From contig NW_027117338.1 of assembly GCF_038025025.1 (NCBI RefSeq), forward strand, positions 1,488,001 to 1,552,000: DNA of 64,000 nucleotides, written 5' to 3'. Under the pieces are notes generated by a model. That model did no database searches and was not told the DNA's origin. It worked only from the letters and a program-made list of their open reading frames with translations. This stretch comes from Phyllosticta citribraziliensis (taxonomy: Eukaryota). Shown here piece by piece: positions 25,217-37,800 of this stretch (its first letter is position 1; each line of letters opens with the position of its first letter). Position numbers and translations under genes: made by a program.

Positions 25217-26210
25217 ATACTCCACTCCTGCGCCCACCTTGCTTCCCTTCGTTTCTTCTTCCATCGGTCGGCGATATGAGCTGATGCCAACACTAGCTCA
25301 AGTTGTGGTTCGGTCAGTTCATCAACTTGCGCGCCTGCCCCACCTAGCACATCCGGAGCTGGGACCAACTGAACCGCAAGGCTATGCATTCTGCTTTGGT
25401 TGGAAGATATATTTTCTGCCTCGTCTGAAGATGAGGTTGGTACCGAGGGTGAGGTCTAGCGTCATGCTGGTGGTTATCTGGTCTGGGTTCTTCGGTTTCG
25501 GTTTCAGCATCTGGATGGGCGTAATGCTGGGATAGGAGTGTCGGATGGACAAGTCAGCAAAGGCTGGCTGTAAGTATACACCGGTGGAAAACAATAGAAG
25601 AGAAGGTCCCCGTGTCTCACCAGCAGGCCATTTCGTACCTGCACTCGACCAAAGGCAGATGTACTTTTAGCGGCTGCTCGCCTTTTTTCCAAACGAAGAC
25701 TTCAATTAAATCGTTCCACTGTTCAATCGACGTGGCTGGCTTTGTGGCCACAGCGAATACTGAGAACTCTTTGCCAGGGTCGACCGGTCTGCCTCTGTTT
25801 TTGAGCGGGTGGGTGGTGGTAAGCTTGCGCACCACTGATTCAGATTGTGGCAGCTGATCGGACAAAGGAACAGACTTCGGAGCCCCATTATAGAAGAAAC
25901 ATTCTCTCGGTTTTTCTATCGCACCCAGTGATCACTAAGGCCAAAGCCCTTTTTTTGCGATTGAAAGAAGACGAAGCAACCCCAGACAACCACCTCAACA
26001 AGAGCAAATCTTGGCCGGGTCTTGGTCTGCCGTCGAAATAAGCTTAGCCAAGCTCAAGTCCGTTCACTGTGGCTCTAAAAGTACTATTGCTTAAACAGCG
26101 CGCAGCCAGCTTGATAGATAGCAGCCCACCGCCAGGATCCCTGGCATGGAAACTGCTCGACGGTACTTCGGTCCCCCGTGGTTCGAAGTATTTTGCGATC
26201 CGTATCAGGC

Positions 26211-26427
26211 CACAGTGGGTGTCGAAAGAAATGAGACCTCCACGATCTGTCTGCAGCAGTAAATGATTTCCTCCCACGCGAAACTTTGGTGGCATATGAA
26301 TACTCCCAAAGCGCAGGTGTAGCAGCGAATGAATGCTCCTTGAGGGTGATCAGAGGAGGAGTGAATGAATGCTCCCTAGACGCACTCATATGGACAGTAG
26401 GTCTAATTTCTTTCGGCATCCACTGTG
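26211..26427 (+). mobile_element. Class II TIR element (CAC...GTG ends) with 3-5 units
   Basis: TIRs cacagtgggtgtcgaaagaaatgagacct (26211-26239) and aggtctaatttctttcggcatccactgtg (26399-26427), 26/29 complementary; cores at 26265 (degenerate), 26298, 26331, 26367; flanked by aggc on both sides. Confidence 0.85.
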
Positions 26428-27338
26428 AGGCCATCATCAAGACATGGCAACCTGGGCAAGATGGAGTTTCTGGCGATAGGCCTGGATTTGGTACGACGGA
26501 GGCATCAAAGCCCAAAATCCCATCTCAACAGGATCGACCAACAGCCAGGTTTTGCTGCCCGGCTCTTTCTGTATCCGCCGGCGTATTGCATCAGATTGCT
26601 TTGGTTGGTTATCAACCCCGTCTTATCAAAACTTCCGCTTTCGCCTCCGCGTCTCGCGATAGCGCAAGTACCCACTCTTTGGCCGCAGATATACCTTATT
26701 TCATGGTTTCACCATTAGGCCTCTCTTTACCATCGCCTGACTTGGTGGAATCAAATATCAAAAACCTACCTTGGAAGGCTCAAAAGCCAACTGTTGCGCT
26801 GGTCTTGCGCCACTCGATACGATGCTCATTGCTGTTCCAAAAACGGATAGGTCTCCACACTCACCCCGCTCTGCAATGCAAATGAGTGGAGATGGTCCAA
26901 ACATGTCCAGCCTGGAGATTCGGCGCACCATGTATGATGTCCTGAGGAATCAGTCACGTATTGATATCATACCATGATACCAGTCGTTGTATCTTATCAC
27001 GTCGCCGCCGCTCATACCGCACACTGCGCCACAGTTTGAGAATCGTTGTTAACACCAGCCTATCAAGTGCAGGCCGTTCCCATCCATCCCGCGAGAAAGA
27101 AGATCGACCTCGAGGGTTCCACAAAGACAAGCCGGGGAGGTTACATAAAGATCGCCTTCCTGTTCCGATGCATTTGCGGCTTCACCACCCGCCTCTATTC
27201 TTGTGTATGCTTTTCCGTCGGGCCACGAGCAGCAAAACAACGTCACTGTCTGAGAACCACCAGGGCTCTACCGTGAGAGGCATAATATACTGCAGCGTCT
27301 CGCTCATGCTGAGCTGAGTGGTCCAACTCATCATCACA

Positions 27339-29932
27339 ATGGGAACATCTCCCCCTTTTTTCGAACCGAGTGTCGGCTATGGCCTCATTGTTGGCATGGG
27401 CGCCGCCTTCGCCATTGGCATGTCTCTACTTTCCTGGGGCTTGTCCAGATACATGGCTGAGGTACAAACGTCTGAAATGTACATGACTGCCAAACATTCG
27501 GTGAAGACGGGACTAGTAGCTACAGCGGTTGTTTCCTCTTGGACAATTGCGGCAACACTGCTCAGTTCAACCACTGGTGAGGAAAACTACTGCTTCTAAT
27601 TAGCATTACACTGACGATTTTCCGCTTCCAGATGGGTTCCTCTACGGTGTCAGTGGTCCATTTTGGTATGGCGCTGGCGCAACCTTCCAGATATTCATGT
27701 TCTCTCTGGCTGGTACGTTCTCTCCTGAGATTTGGGAAGCTTGTACTAATCGAAGAAGCCATCGAATTGAAGAGGAAAGCACCTCGAGCGCATACGTTTC
27801 TGGAAGTCGTCAAGAAGAGATATGGGCCAGCTGGTCACATTACTCTGATGAGCTACAGTCTGATCTTCCAGATATTTACGACAGTGAATCTGCTTGTTGG
27901 CGGGAGCACCCTTTTCAGCTCCATGACGGGCATGAATCGTGATGCGGCTTGTTTTCTTTTCCCGATTGGAGTTTTGATCTACACTTTGTTTGGAGGTACT
28001 GCAAACCACTCTCAACTGTTCTCTGTGGCCACGCTGACTGAAAGTCGAAGGTATCAAAGCCACATTTCTCACAGATTGGGTGAGTTATCAATGGCCCGTC
28101 ACAGCAGGTATCGAAAGAAATGAGGCTTCCTTGGTGTAGCTGCTGTCGTGAACGACTGCTTCCTGAGCGCACCTGCTGCAGCGCATGACAGCTCCCTACA
28201 TGCAGCTGCAGTACTACGAGGTCGCATTCCTTTTGATGTCTCCTGTGTCGTTTAAAAAGAAAACAGCTGACATCGCAAGGCCCACACCGTCATCATTTAC
28301 ATTGTCATGATCATCACCGTCTTTGCCGTCTACACGTCTTCCTCGACCATTGGCTCTCCGGATCGGATGTGGGAGCTGCTGCACGAAGCAGCCAGGCTGC
28401 ACCCTGTGGAAGGCAACGAATCCGGAAGCTACCTCACCATGACGTCGCAAAATGGCGGCTTCATTGGGCTGATCTTTGCGGGAGCGTCGTTCGCTTCGTG
28501 CGTCGACTCGCAACTCTTTCAAAAGGCCATCGCAGCAGACCCAGCAGCCACATTTCCCGGATACATGCTTGGCGGCCTTTGCTGGTTTACGATTCCGTTT
28601 GTATTGGCGACGACATTTGGCCTCGCCGCTGCGGGGACTGAGCATTTGCCCATCTTTCCGACGTATCCAAACCGCATGACAGATGCGGAAGTGAGTGCTG
28701 GCATGGCGATGCCGTACGCGGCTTATGCGATCATGGGCAAAGGCGGAGTCGCAGCTTGTCTGGTTTTGGGATTCATGGCCGTCACCTCCGCGGTAAGTCA
28801 ACACAGCTCTTCGGGTCCGACGAAACTGACAAACTCCTAAGATGTCTTCCGAAACTGTAGCCACCGCTGCCCTTGGAACCTACGATATTTACAAAGCCTA
28901 CTTCAATCCGAAAGCCAACAGTAAGCAGCTTGTTCGCTGCGCCGACGTCATCGTAATAGTCTTCGGTATCGTCGTCTCCTGCATATCCGTGGCGTTCAAT
29001 CACGCCGGCTTCAGCGTCAACTACCTGATCACCTCCATCGGCATTTTCGTGGATAGCGCCATTATACCCATGGCGTGTACCATCATGTGGAAAAAGCAGT
29101 CGCTCTTGGCCGTCATAGTCGCACCCCTCGCCTCGACCTGTGCTGCCGCCGCCGCCTGGTTTCTCACGGCCCACAAGTACTACGGCGCCGTAACTATCGC
29201 TTCGACATCTGAGCCGATCCCACTGGTTGCCGGGAACATAATGAGTATCTGCGGCCCGGCAATTTTGACGCCATTGCTCACCTACGTGTTCGGCCCTGAT
29301 GACTTTGACTGGGCCAAATTCAAGGAGATCAAAAGCGACGTCGGCGCTCTGGAGGACCTGCGGCGCGGAGGAGAGGAGGAGGACCTAGCCATCGACGTCA
29401 ATGCGGCGCCCGGGCACGGCGAGGAGCACGACGAGGAAAGCAAAGAGGCCGAAGAGGAGCGTGATGCGCGTCTGTTGCGTGCCCGTACAAAAGCAGGTTG
29501 GTGTTGTGCCGTGCTGTGTCTTAGCTTCTGCATTCTGTGGCCCATTCCGATGTATGGCTCTCACTATGGTACGTACATCCGCCATCTATTTCCTACGAGT
29601 ACTTCCTTCGCCAGGGAATCCCACTAACACTCCACCTTGCAGTCTTCTCGAAACCTTTCTTCCGTGGCTGGATTGTTGTGGTCTTCCTTTGGGCATTTTT
29701 TGCTGCCATCACCATCACCTGCTATCCCATCTGGGAAGGCCGCGCCTCAATCGCACGCTTTTTCAAGTACGCAACGGGCCGGGCGCGTCGCCAGCCGACA
29801 GGCAGTGATGGTGCTACTGGGACTGCTTTCGTTGTGCAGGGCGTGGTGCCCCCTTCTATTGAGCGTAGCAGTGGTAATCATAGTCGAGAAGGTGGCGAGA
29901 AGGGGGCGGAGGCAAAGGTTGTTGGAGGATAG
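27339..29932 (+). CDS. Urea/polyamine active transporter, sodium:solute symporter family (Dur3-like), multi-exon
   Basis: SVKTGLVATAVVSSWT, YGVSGPFWYGAGA (spliced), ELKRKAPRAHTFLEVV, GSYLTMTS, FQKAIAADP, MAVTSAMSSE, WPIPMYGS; many hydrophobic helices. Confidence 0.92.
28100..28247 (+). mobile_element. Class II TIR element inside the Dur3-like intron (28080-28279)
   Basis: Left cacagcaggtatcgaaagaaatgagg, right aggtcgcattccttttgatgtctcctgtg; cores at 28154 and 28187 (33 apart); flanks ccgt / tcgt. Confidence 0.72.
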
Positions 29933-30091
29933 GCAGAGATTACTATTTTGGCTTGAGAGTTCAATGTCGAGCATGTTCAGACCATAATCCTTTTCTTAAT
30001 TAGTCTCAGATGGCATTGGTAAGCTTTGAAAATGAACAAGCGAGCACGAACCATGCATCAGAAATTGACTATCATATCATCATGAAAAGAA

Positions 30092-30176
30092 CAGCATTCG
30101 GAGCATTCAAGATCCTGTACGTTGGAATACTCAGGAGCATTCAACCATGTGAGTCGTTGCGACAGGGAGCATTCGA
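30092..30176 (-). repeat. Three-unit array of the same core on the minus strand
   Basis: ggagcattc at 30100, 30134, 30166 (spacing 34, 32), between the convergent Dur3-like and TFA2 3' ends. Confidence 0.75.
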
Positions 30177-30435
30177 GCTCCAAGTCGTTTGCGAGCCTTC
30201 ACTCACGCCCTGAAGAACGCGTAAGGCATTAAAGGGAAGACTGGAGTGGGTTTTGTGCTTTAGCATCTCAAAATCGTTGACCATATGTAAATCCAAAACG
30301 CCGCGCTAAAACATGCAAATGCAGCGAACCCCTGCCCAGTCCGATGTTGCAAGGCCGACCCGTATACGAGTTGTTTGGCGGGGTATCTTTATGTAAGAGG
30401 TGACCTCGATATGTTTAAATCAAAAAGCCCCGAGC

Positions 30436-31266
30436 TCATTTTTTCTTGTCGGAATAGTCTCTGAAAACGTTCAGCATGTGAGTGTTGGACGTCTTCATGC
30501 CCTTCCTAGGGGCCTTCTTCTTCTTCTGCTTGTTTCCTGCGGCCGCCGGTTTGACTTCTTTGGGCGCGCTGACTGGCTTCAATCCGGCCGCCTCCAACCT
30601 CGAGCGCATATCATCCGGGTTCGCAGGCAGCGGGATGCTCAAGAACATCTGCTTGAATTCGTCGTCGACATGGTGCGCCAAACTGGGGTCGTTTTGCCAG
30701 ACGAGTAGGGGTTGACCGGTCTTTTGGTTGCGCGTGACGAGAATTTCGCCTTTCTTGTCGAGTTCATTGATGGCGTCGACAGCACCCGGCCATCCATCCT
30801 TTAACTCAGCGACCCTTATCCCGACACTGCTGCTTTGCCGTTGGAGGAGCCCCTTAAGCTCATCTGCGGTCCTGACATTGTGCGGCGGTCGGTAGCGGAA
30901 GCTGCCCTTGCCGTTGAAGCCCTTGGGATCGTACTCGACCTTGGGATGGCCGCGCATGATGTTGAACAGTGCAATCCAATCACGGCCACCTTTTTCAGCC
31001 GGGCGAGGCTTTGCACCTTCCTCTTGCACCTGTATAGACAAGTGGCTGAAGACGTCTTCAAATGCCAAAGCCTTGTCCTTCTCCTTGAGGTATTCCAGCG
31101 CAAAGGTGACGCGAGTGACCATCTGAAAGCCAGAGTGTGTGTTCTCGGGCTGAGAGTAGACGGGCGTGCCCTCGACAGGACGTGGACGTTTCTTGCCGGC
31201 CTGAGAAGAAGCCGACGGCGTGGGCGAGGGCGCGCTGGTCGCGCTGGAGGCTTTGAGGAAGGACAT
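30436..31266 (-). CDS. TFA2: Transcription initiation factor TFIIE beta subunit
   Basis: VYSQP, FALEYLK, FRYRPPHNVR, GIRVAELKDGWP, VDDEFKQMF, SNTHM motifs; ATG at 31266. Confidence 0.93.
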   Translation of the reverse strand: MSFLKASSATSAPSPTPSASSQAGKKRPRPVEGTPVYSQPENTHSGFQMVTRVTFALEYLKEKDKALAFEDVFSHLSIQVQEEGAKPRPAEKGGRDWIALFNIMRGHPKVEYDPKGFNGKGSFRYRPPHNVRTADELKGLLQRQSSSVGIRVAELKDGWPGAVDAINELDKKGEILVTRNQKTGQPLLVWQNDPSLAHHVDDEFKQMFLSIPLPANPDDMRSRLEAAGLKPVSAPKEVKPAAAGNKQKKKKAPRKGMKTSNTHMLNVFRDYSDKKK

Positions 31267-31824
31267 GGTGGCGGAGACTCTGTGCCAGCAGCGACAGAGG
31301 ATGAAGGGCGCAGCTCGAGGATGGGCTGGATTCGTCGCTGGCGACCCGGGATAGCGCAAAGGGCGGTCGGGAATGAGCGTTGTCTTAGCGCGAAGGTGCA
31401 GTGTCGAGGATGGGCAGAAGATTCTGGGTTGAAGGCGGAGGAGGTTGTGACAAGCGCGCACACACGAGATGCGGCTCAAGGATGGACTGGAATGCGGCTG
31501 GAGTGACGGGTGCGGGCCTGTGCTGCGGCCTTATCGGTGAAACTCCGGGCCGGTGGTGGACAGCACGGCAGCGCGCCAAGAGGCAAGAGCTCCAGAGCGC
31601 GCTTCCGTGTTCTGGTTGCAGCTCGCCCGCGTCTCTTCGCCGTCACCTTCAAAGAACATCTCCAGTCGTCCGTCCTTTCGCGCCCTTCGACAGCTGCACA
31701 CCCGTCGGTCCTTGTCGGCCGCGCTGTTGTCGTCCTTCCTTCTGTGGCGCTTTCCTTCTTTACTTTCTACCCCGGCGACTAGCTACTATGCGCTAGCTGA
31801 TTTCACCTCACGGAAACCTGAACC

Positions 31825-34800
31825 ATGGCGACCGCGGCCATTGACACGGCCTACATCGCCGCCTCTTACTCGATACCCGAGCCGACTCTCCAGACCTTGC
31901 TTGATGCGCCCACCGTCGAGCTTGTCCAGCAGCTGCTCTCTCACATCGAGGCCAAGGCGAAGGAGTTTGACGAGCTCAAGGCCGAAAAGCTTCGTTCTGA
32001 TGTCGAGCTCGAAAATGCTGTGAGGACCGGTGATAATCGGGCAAGGGCCCTCAAGGCCTCGGTCGACAAGGGCTTGAAGGATGTGGAGGAGCTTCGCAGG
32101 AAGTTGAACGAAGAAGGCACGTTCAATTGGTCTACACTTCCCGCCGCCTTAACTAATTAGGATTTTTTGTTTGTAGAAAACGCTCGCTCTACCCTCGAGT
32201 CCGAGTTGCAGAACCTCAAGTCATCATCTTCAAATTCCTCCAGCGAAACCGAAGTCCTCCGAAACCGCGTGTCCCAATTGGAAACGTCCAATCGCGAAAC
32301 TCTGGCGCTCCTGGAAGCAAAGACTACGGCCCACGACAAGCTCGCCGAAGAACTCTCCACGCAACATCAAAAGATTGTCGCCCTGCGGCGCGAAATCTCG
32401 GAGCTTGAGGACAAGAACCAGGCTGCCCAAAATGCGGCCACCAGCACCAAGTTTCGACAGCAGTCTCTGCAACAGGAAATTGATCTTCTGAAAAAGAACA
32501 ATGAGTGGTACGAATCGGAACTGCAGACCAAGAACGCCGAATACTCCAAATATCGCAAGGAAAAAAGCGCGAAGATTTCGGAGCTCCAGCGGATGTACGA
32601 CGACGCAAACGAGACAATCGAGTCGCTCCGTCGCACCGAGGCTGCGCTCCGGAGCCGGGTTGACGAAGTGAACCAAAAGGCGGAAGATTCCCTCAACAGG
32701 ATCCAACAACTGCAAGATGCTGCTGCCAAGGCTGAGGAATCCTTCCGCATTGAGCTGGACAGCGCTCGCCGGTTGGCCGATCTCCAGAAACAGAGCGCGG
32801 ACACGGCACGCGCTCGCCTTCAGGATGTCCAATCCTCTTTCGACAAGATCAAGGAAGATGCTGCGGAAGAATTGGGTCAAATGCAAGCCGAGCTCGAGAC
32901 TGAACGTTCAGAGAAAGAAATGTCTCTGCAGAGGATCGGGGAGCTCGAAGAACAGATTGAGAAGCTTGAGTCGGATTTGGCTTCACGTCCGCAGAATACT
33001 GTCACCGTCAGCGGGACTCCCAGACGTGCCATCAATGGTTTGGGCGCCATCGCGACACCTGTCCGTGGCGGCTCTCCGTCATTTGGCACGCCTGGCTACG
33101 CTACGCCATCTCGAGCCAAGGGAGGACTGACCTTTACGCAGCTCTACTCGGAGCACGCGCAAACCAAGGCTGAGTTGGAAGCTGAGCGTCGCCGCAATGC
33201 CAAGCTGACCCAGTCCATCGACGAGATGATCCAAGATCTGGAGGCCAAGCAACCTGAAATTGAGGAGCTCAGGGTTGGACATCAGCGTCTGGAACAAAAT
33301 GTTGTGGAAATATCCGAACTTCTCGAGGACGCCAACAGGGAACGCGATGCGGCAAGGAAGGAAGCGCGCAAGGCTTCCGGCGAGGTGGAAGGCCTTAACC
33401 GCGAGGGCAACATGCTCCGGCAGCAGATGCAGGACCTTAGTCAGCAGGTCAAGGCCTTGCTTTTCGAGCTGACTGTCCGCGATCAAGGCATGGAGGCCCT
33501 CAGCGCAGCTGACCAAGCCCAATTCGAGCAGATTGTTCGTGGCGAATTAGAACATCAAGAGGGGGCCACAGACACCAGCCGCTACATTACCGAACGTCTC
33601 ACGCTTTTCAGGAACATCGAAGAGCTCCAGGAACAAAACAGCAAGCTCCTCAGGTTGACGCGCGAGCTGGGAGAAATCATGGAAGGAGAAGAAGCCAAGG
33701 CCAAGGAGAATCAAACAGTCAAGGACCGTGAAGAACTTGAAGAGCTCAGGCGCAAGGTTGGACGCTATGAGGACGAGCTCAAGACGCTCAACACTGTCGC
33801 CGAGAGCTATCAGCGGGAGAGGGACATGTTCCGCCGGATGGTAACTCACCGCGGAAACATACCAGCTGGAGCCGACATTCAGTCAATCTTTGGACAATCA
33901 GTTGGACCATCGACCCCACCGGCCGGTAGCTTTTCGCAAAGCGTCGGTCCTGGCACTGTTCCCCAGCAAGATCTCTCAGAATACGCCAAACTACTCAAGG
34001 ACCTGCAAACCCAGTTTGACGCCTTCCGCCAGGAGTCTGTCACCGATCGCACCATGATCAAGGAACAGGCTGATCGACTCGCCAAAGAAAAGAGCGACTT
34101 GCAAATCGAAATAAACCGAAACAGCTCCCAACTTGCTCTCGCACAGGAGAGATATGAGCTTCTCCAAGCAAACTTCAATCAATTGCGCAACGAAAACGCG
34201 GAGTTGCAAAAGAGGTCGCAGAATCTGGCCGAGACATCAGCCAAACAAGATTTGAAGACTGCGCAGGTTGCAGAAGAACTCTTCGAGTCCAAGTCTCAAG
34301 TTGAAGGCCTGCGGCATGAGGCCGCCAATTTGAAGGCCGAAAAGGAGCTCTGGAAGAGCATCGAGGCTCGTCTTACAGAGGACAACCGCGCCCTGAGCGA
34401 CGAGCGCACCCGGCTGAACAAGATGATCGCAGACCTTCAAAATCTGCAGAACGAACGCGAGCTTTCCGATTCCGAGAACCGCCGCCGCCTGCAGAGCCGC
34501 ATCGACACCTTGGAGTCGGAGCTTCAGGCTGTGAAACGCAAGCTTGATGACGAGGTCGAAGACGGCAAACGCACTGCTCTTCGCCGCGAATACGAATCTG
34601 AACAGAACAGGACGAGAATTGACGACCTTGTCAAGAGCCTCAGCAATACCAGAGAAGAGCTGGTGGCTGCCAAGACGCAACGCGATCAGCTCCAAGCACG
34701 GGTCGACGAGCTCCGAATCGAACTCCGCAACGCGGAAGAGAAAGCTGTGGCTTTGCAACCACGGCCCACTCCTCGCCATGAGAGCTCTGCGCAGGATGGT

Positions 34801-37800
34801 GGGGCTGAGGAGGTCGATTCTGGTGAACTCACGCGCGAGCAGGAACTGGCTGTGGAGGTTGCTGATCTCAAGCGCGACCTTGAGATTGCCCGTAACGAGC
34901 TCGAGGCCGCCAGGAATGACGTGGAGCAGTATAAGGCAATTAGCCAGTCCAGTGAAGAAGAACTGCGGAGCCTTGGTGAGGCCCAAGAAATGTATCGCGA
35001 AGAGATGGACAAGTCTCTCGAGGAGAAGGATGCCAAGATTAGGGACTTGGAGCAACGCGTGGAGGAGATTTCGAACGAGCTCGCTACAACCAACACCGAT
35101 CTGTCCAATGTTCGCAGCAGTCATGAACAGGACATGGCTCGCCTCAACGAAAAAAAGACTATCCTCGAGGGCGAAGTCTCCCGCCTCAAGGACGAGAGTG
35201 AGCGCTACCAGGAAACTGCCAAACTTTGCCAAGAAGATCTCAAGGCTCAAGCTCGCATTGCCCAAAACGCTCAACAAAACTACGAGGTTGAGCTCATCAA
35301 GCATGCCGAGGCTTCCCAGAACCTGCAGAAGGTCCGCACTGAATACAATGAGCTCAAGGAAGAAGTCGGCGAGCTCAAGTCCGAGGCTCAAGCTGCTAAG
35401 ACCGCACTCGAATCTAACAAAGATAGTTGGGAGGAAACCAAAACCAGGTACGAACGTGAGCTCGTGGATCTGAGGACGCGTCGTGAGGAGGTCAACGACC
35501 AAAATCGGAGACTGCACCAACAACTGGAAACCGTCAGCGCACAAATCTCTGCACTCAAGCAGAGCCGCGCTTCCTTGGGCGGCGAACAGGCCGACGCTGG
35601 CGCCACACCGCCTCCGGACACGGAAAATCTGCAGGAGGTCATTCGCTACCTTCGTCGCGAAAAGGAGATTGTCGACGTCCAGTACGAGCTTTCCATGCAA
35701 GAGGCCAAGCGTTACAAGCAGCAGCTTGATCATACCCAGGCTCAACTTGACCAGACTCGTGAGAAGCTCAACCAGGAACGCCAAAACCTTCTTGAGAAGG
35801 AGCAGTCCAACATTTCGCACAGCAAGCTCATGGAGACGATCAATGAACTCAACCTCTTCCGCGAGAGCAGCGTTACCCTCCGCAACGAGGCTCGCCAGGC
35901 CCAAGCTCAATTGGCTGAAAAGGTTAAGGAGGTTGAAAATTTGATGGCCCAGATTGAGCCGCTGCAGACGAGGGTGCGCGAGCTGGAAAGCGATGTCGAA
36001 TTCAAGGCTGGTGAGCTTGAAAAGCTGCAGGAGGACCGCGACCGCTGGCAAAAGCGCACTCAAAACATCTTGCAAAAGTACGACCGCGTTGACCCCGAAG
36101 AGCTGGCCGAGATGAAGAACAAGATTGAGACGTTGCAAACAGAGAAGGATCAGGCGGTCGCTGAGACTGAACCTTTGCAGACACAGATTCAGGAGCTCCA
36201 AACGCAGATTTCTGGGTTTGAGGAGCAGATTGAACAAGCGAAGAAGGACGTTGCTGAGACTACAAGGAAAGAGGCCGAGCAGAGTTTTGAGGAGCGCAAG
36301 GCCAAGATGGTGGATCAGTTCAAGGAGCAGGTCAGGAAGCTGCGGCAACAGGCGAGAGACAGGGACCAAGACCACAACCAGCAGATCCAGAACGTCACTC
36401 AAGAACGCGATCAGGCAATGCAAGAACTCGCCACAGTTAAGGAGGAGCTCGAGTCCACGAAAGCAGCCAGGGACGAGGCCGTTGCCACTGCTGAACAGGC
36501 CAAAGACAACGACAAGTCACAAGACGCAGAGGAAGGCCAGGTTGATGAATCTGGTGTTCCAAGCCCTGAGGTCGCTCTGCTCGAAGCGCGGGCGAATGCT
36601 GCCGAGGCAAAGGCTGCCGAGGAGGCTGCTAGGGCTGCTGAACTTCAAAGCCTGGTTGAGTCCTTGCAGGCCCGGGTGCAAGAACTTGAGGCGCAAATCG
36701 TAAGTACAGGGCTGGTCTTCAACATTCAATGGCTAACGCGCCACAGGGCACTCTTCAATCACAACAGTCAACTCTCGAAGCGCAGCAGTCGAGTCTCCAA
36801 TCCCAACAGTCGAAAGTGCAAGAGCTGGAGGCTCAAGTCGTAAGTTTACTCACGCTTGTAGCGACAAGTAGGCTGACCATGGTCCAGGGCAATCTTCAGC
36901 AGCAATTGGATGCTGCCAACAACGAAGTCTCTCAACTCAAACAGACTGCAACTGCCCAAGCTTCATCGGAAGAAGCCAATGCCGAGACCCTCGAAGCCTT
37001 GGAGAAGGCCAAATCGGATCTTGTTGTCGCGCAGCAGGAGGTTGAGGCTCTCCGGGCAGCATCGGCAACCGCCACAGAGGGTGGCGCGGACGACGTCGCC
37101 GCTCGAATCTCTGCCATCCAAAAGGATGCCGAGGAGAGGATCGCTGCGGCGGAAGCCAAGTTCAAGGCTCGGGCAGACCAAATGAAGGGCACACTCACCA
37201 CCAAGCTAAGGGAAAGTAAGGCTGCCATGGTGGCTGAGAACGAGGAGAAGATTGCCAAGACCAAGGCCGAGCATGAAGAGGAGATGAGAAAGTTGAAGGA
37301 GGAGCACCAGGCCGAGATTCAGCGCATCAAATCCCAACACCAGCAGCAGATGGAACGTATCCAAAGCGAACAATCGTCTTCGACTCCTGCTGCCGTTGCG
37401 CCTGAGAACGACGCTTCCAGCGCAACTCCTGTCAAGATTGAAATCCCTCCGACGGAGGCTACCCCCAAGGTACGCCTTGAAGACTTGTCCGATGGCGAAA
37501 TTCGGGCGTTCTTGACTAGCAACGCAACCGTCAAGAGCATTCTCTCCAACAACGTTAAGAAGAAACTCGCGGCCGAACTCGAGGCAAAGACCAAGGAACT
37601 CGCCGAAGCTCATGAAAAGGAACTTGAAGAGCTGAAGAAGAAGGGCGAGCAGGCCAAGGAATCTGCCGTCACCATGATGGAGAAGCGTCAGGCTCTAAAG
37701 GTCAACATGGCGCAGAACAAGGAACGCACCTCTGCGGCGAAGGTCGAAATTGTCAAGAAGGCAGCAGAAGAAACGCCGCAGAAACCAGTCGTGGAGGTCT

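Noticed and set aside
25617..26515. Small ORFs downstream of RPN2
   Set aside because: They partly overlap the class II element, and I found no convincing splice path or homology. A degraded gene cannot be excluded.
34237..36423. Long antisense ORFs (also 23068..24630, 8412..9596, 9639..10826, 37695..38900)
   Set aside because: Shadows of GC3-rich sense genes (MLP1, RPN2, GH31) with no independent motifs.
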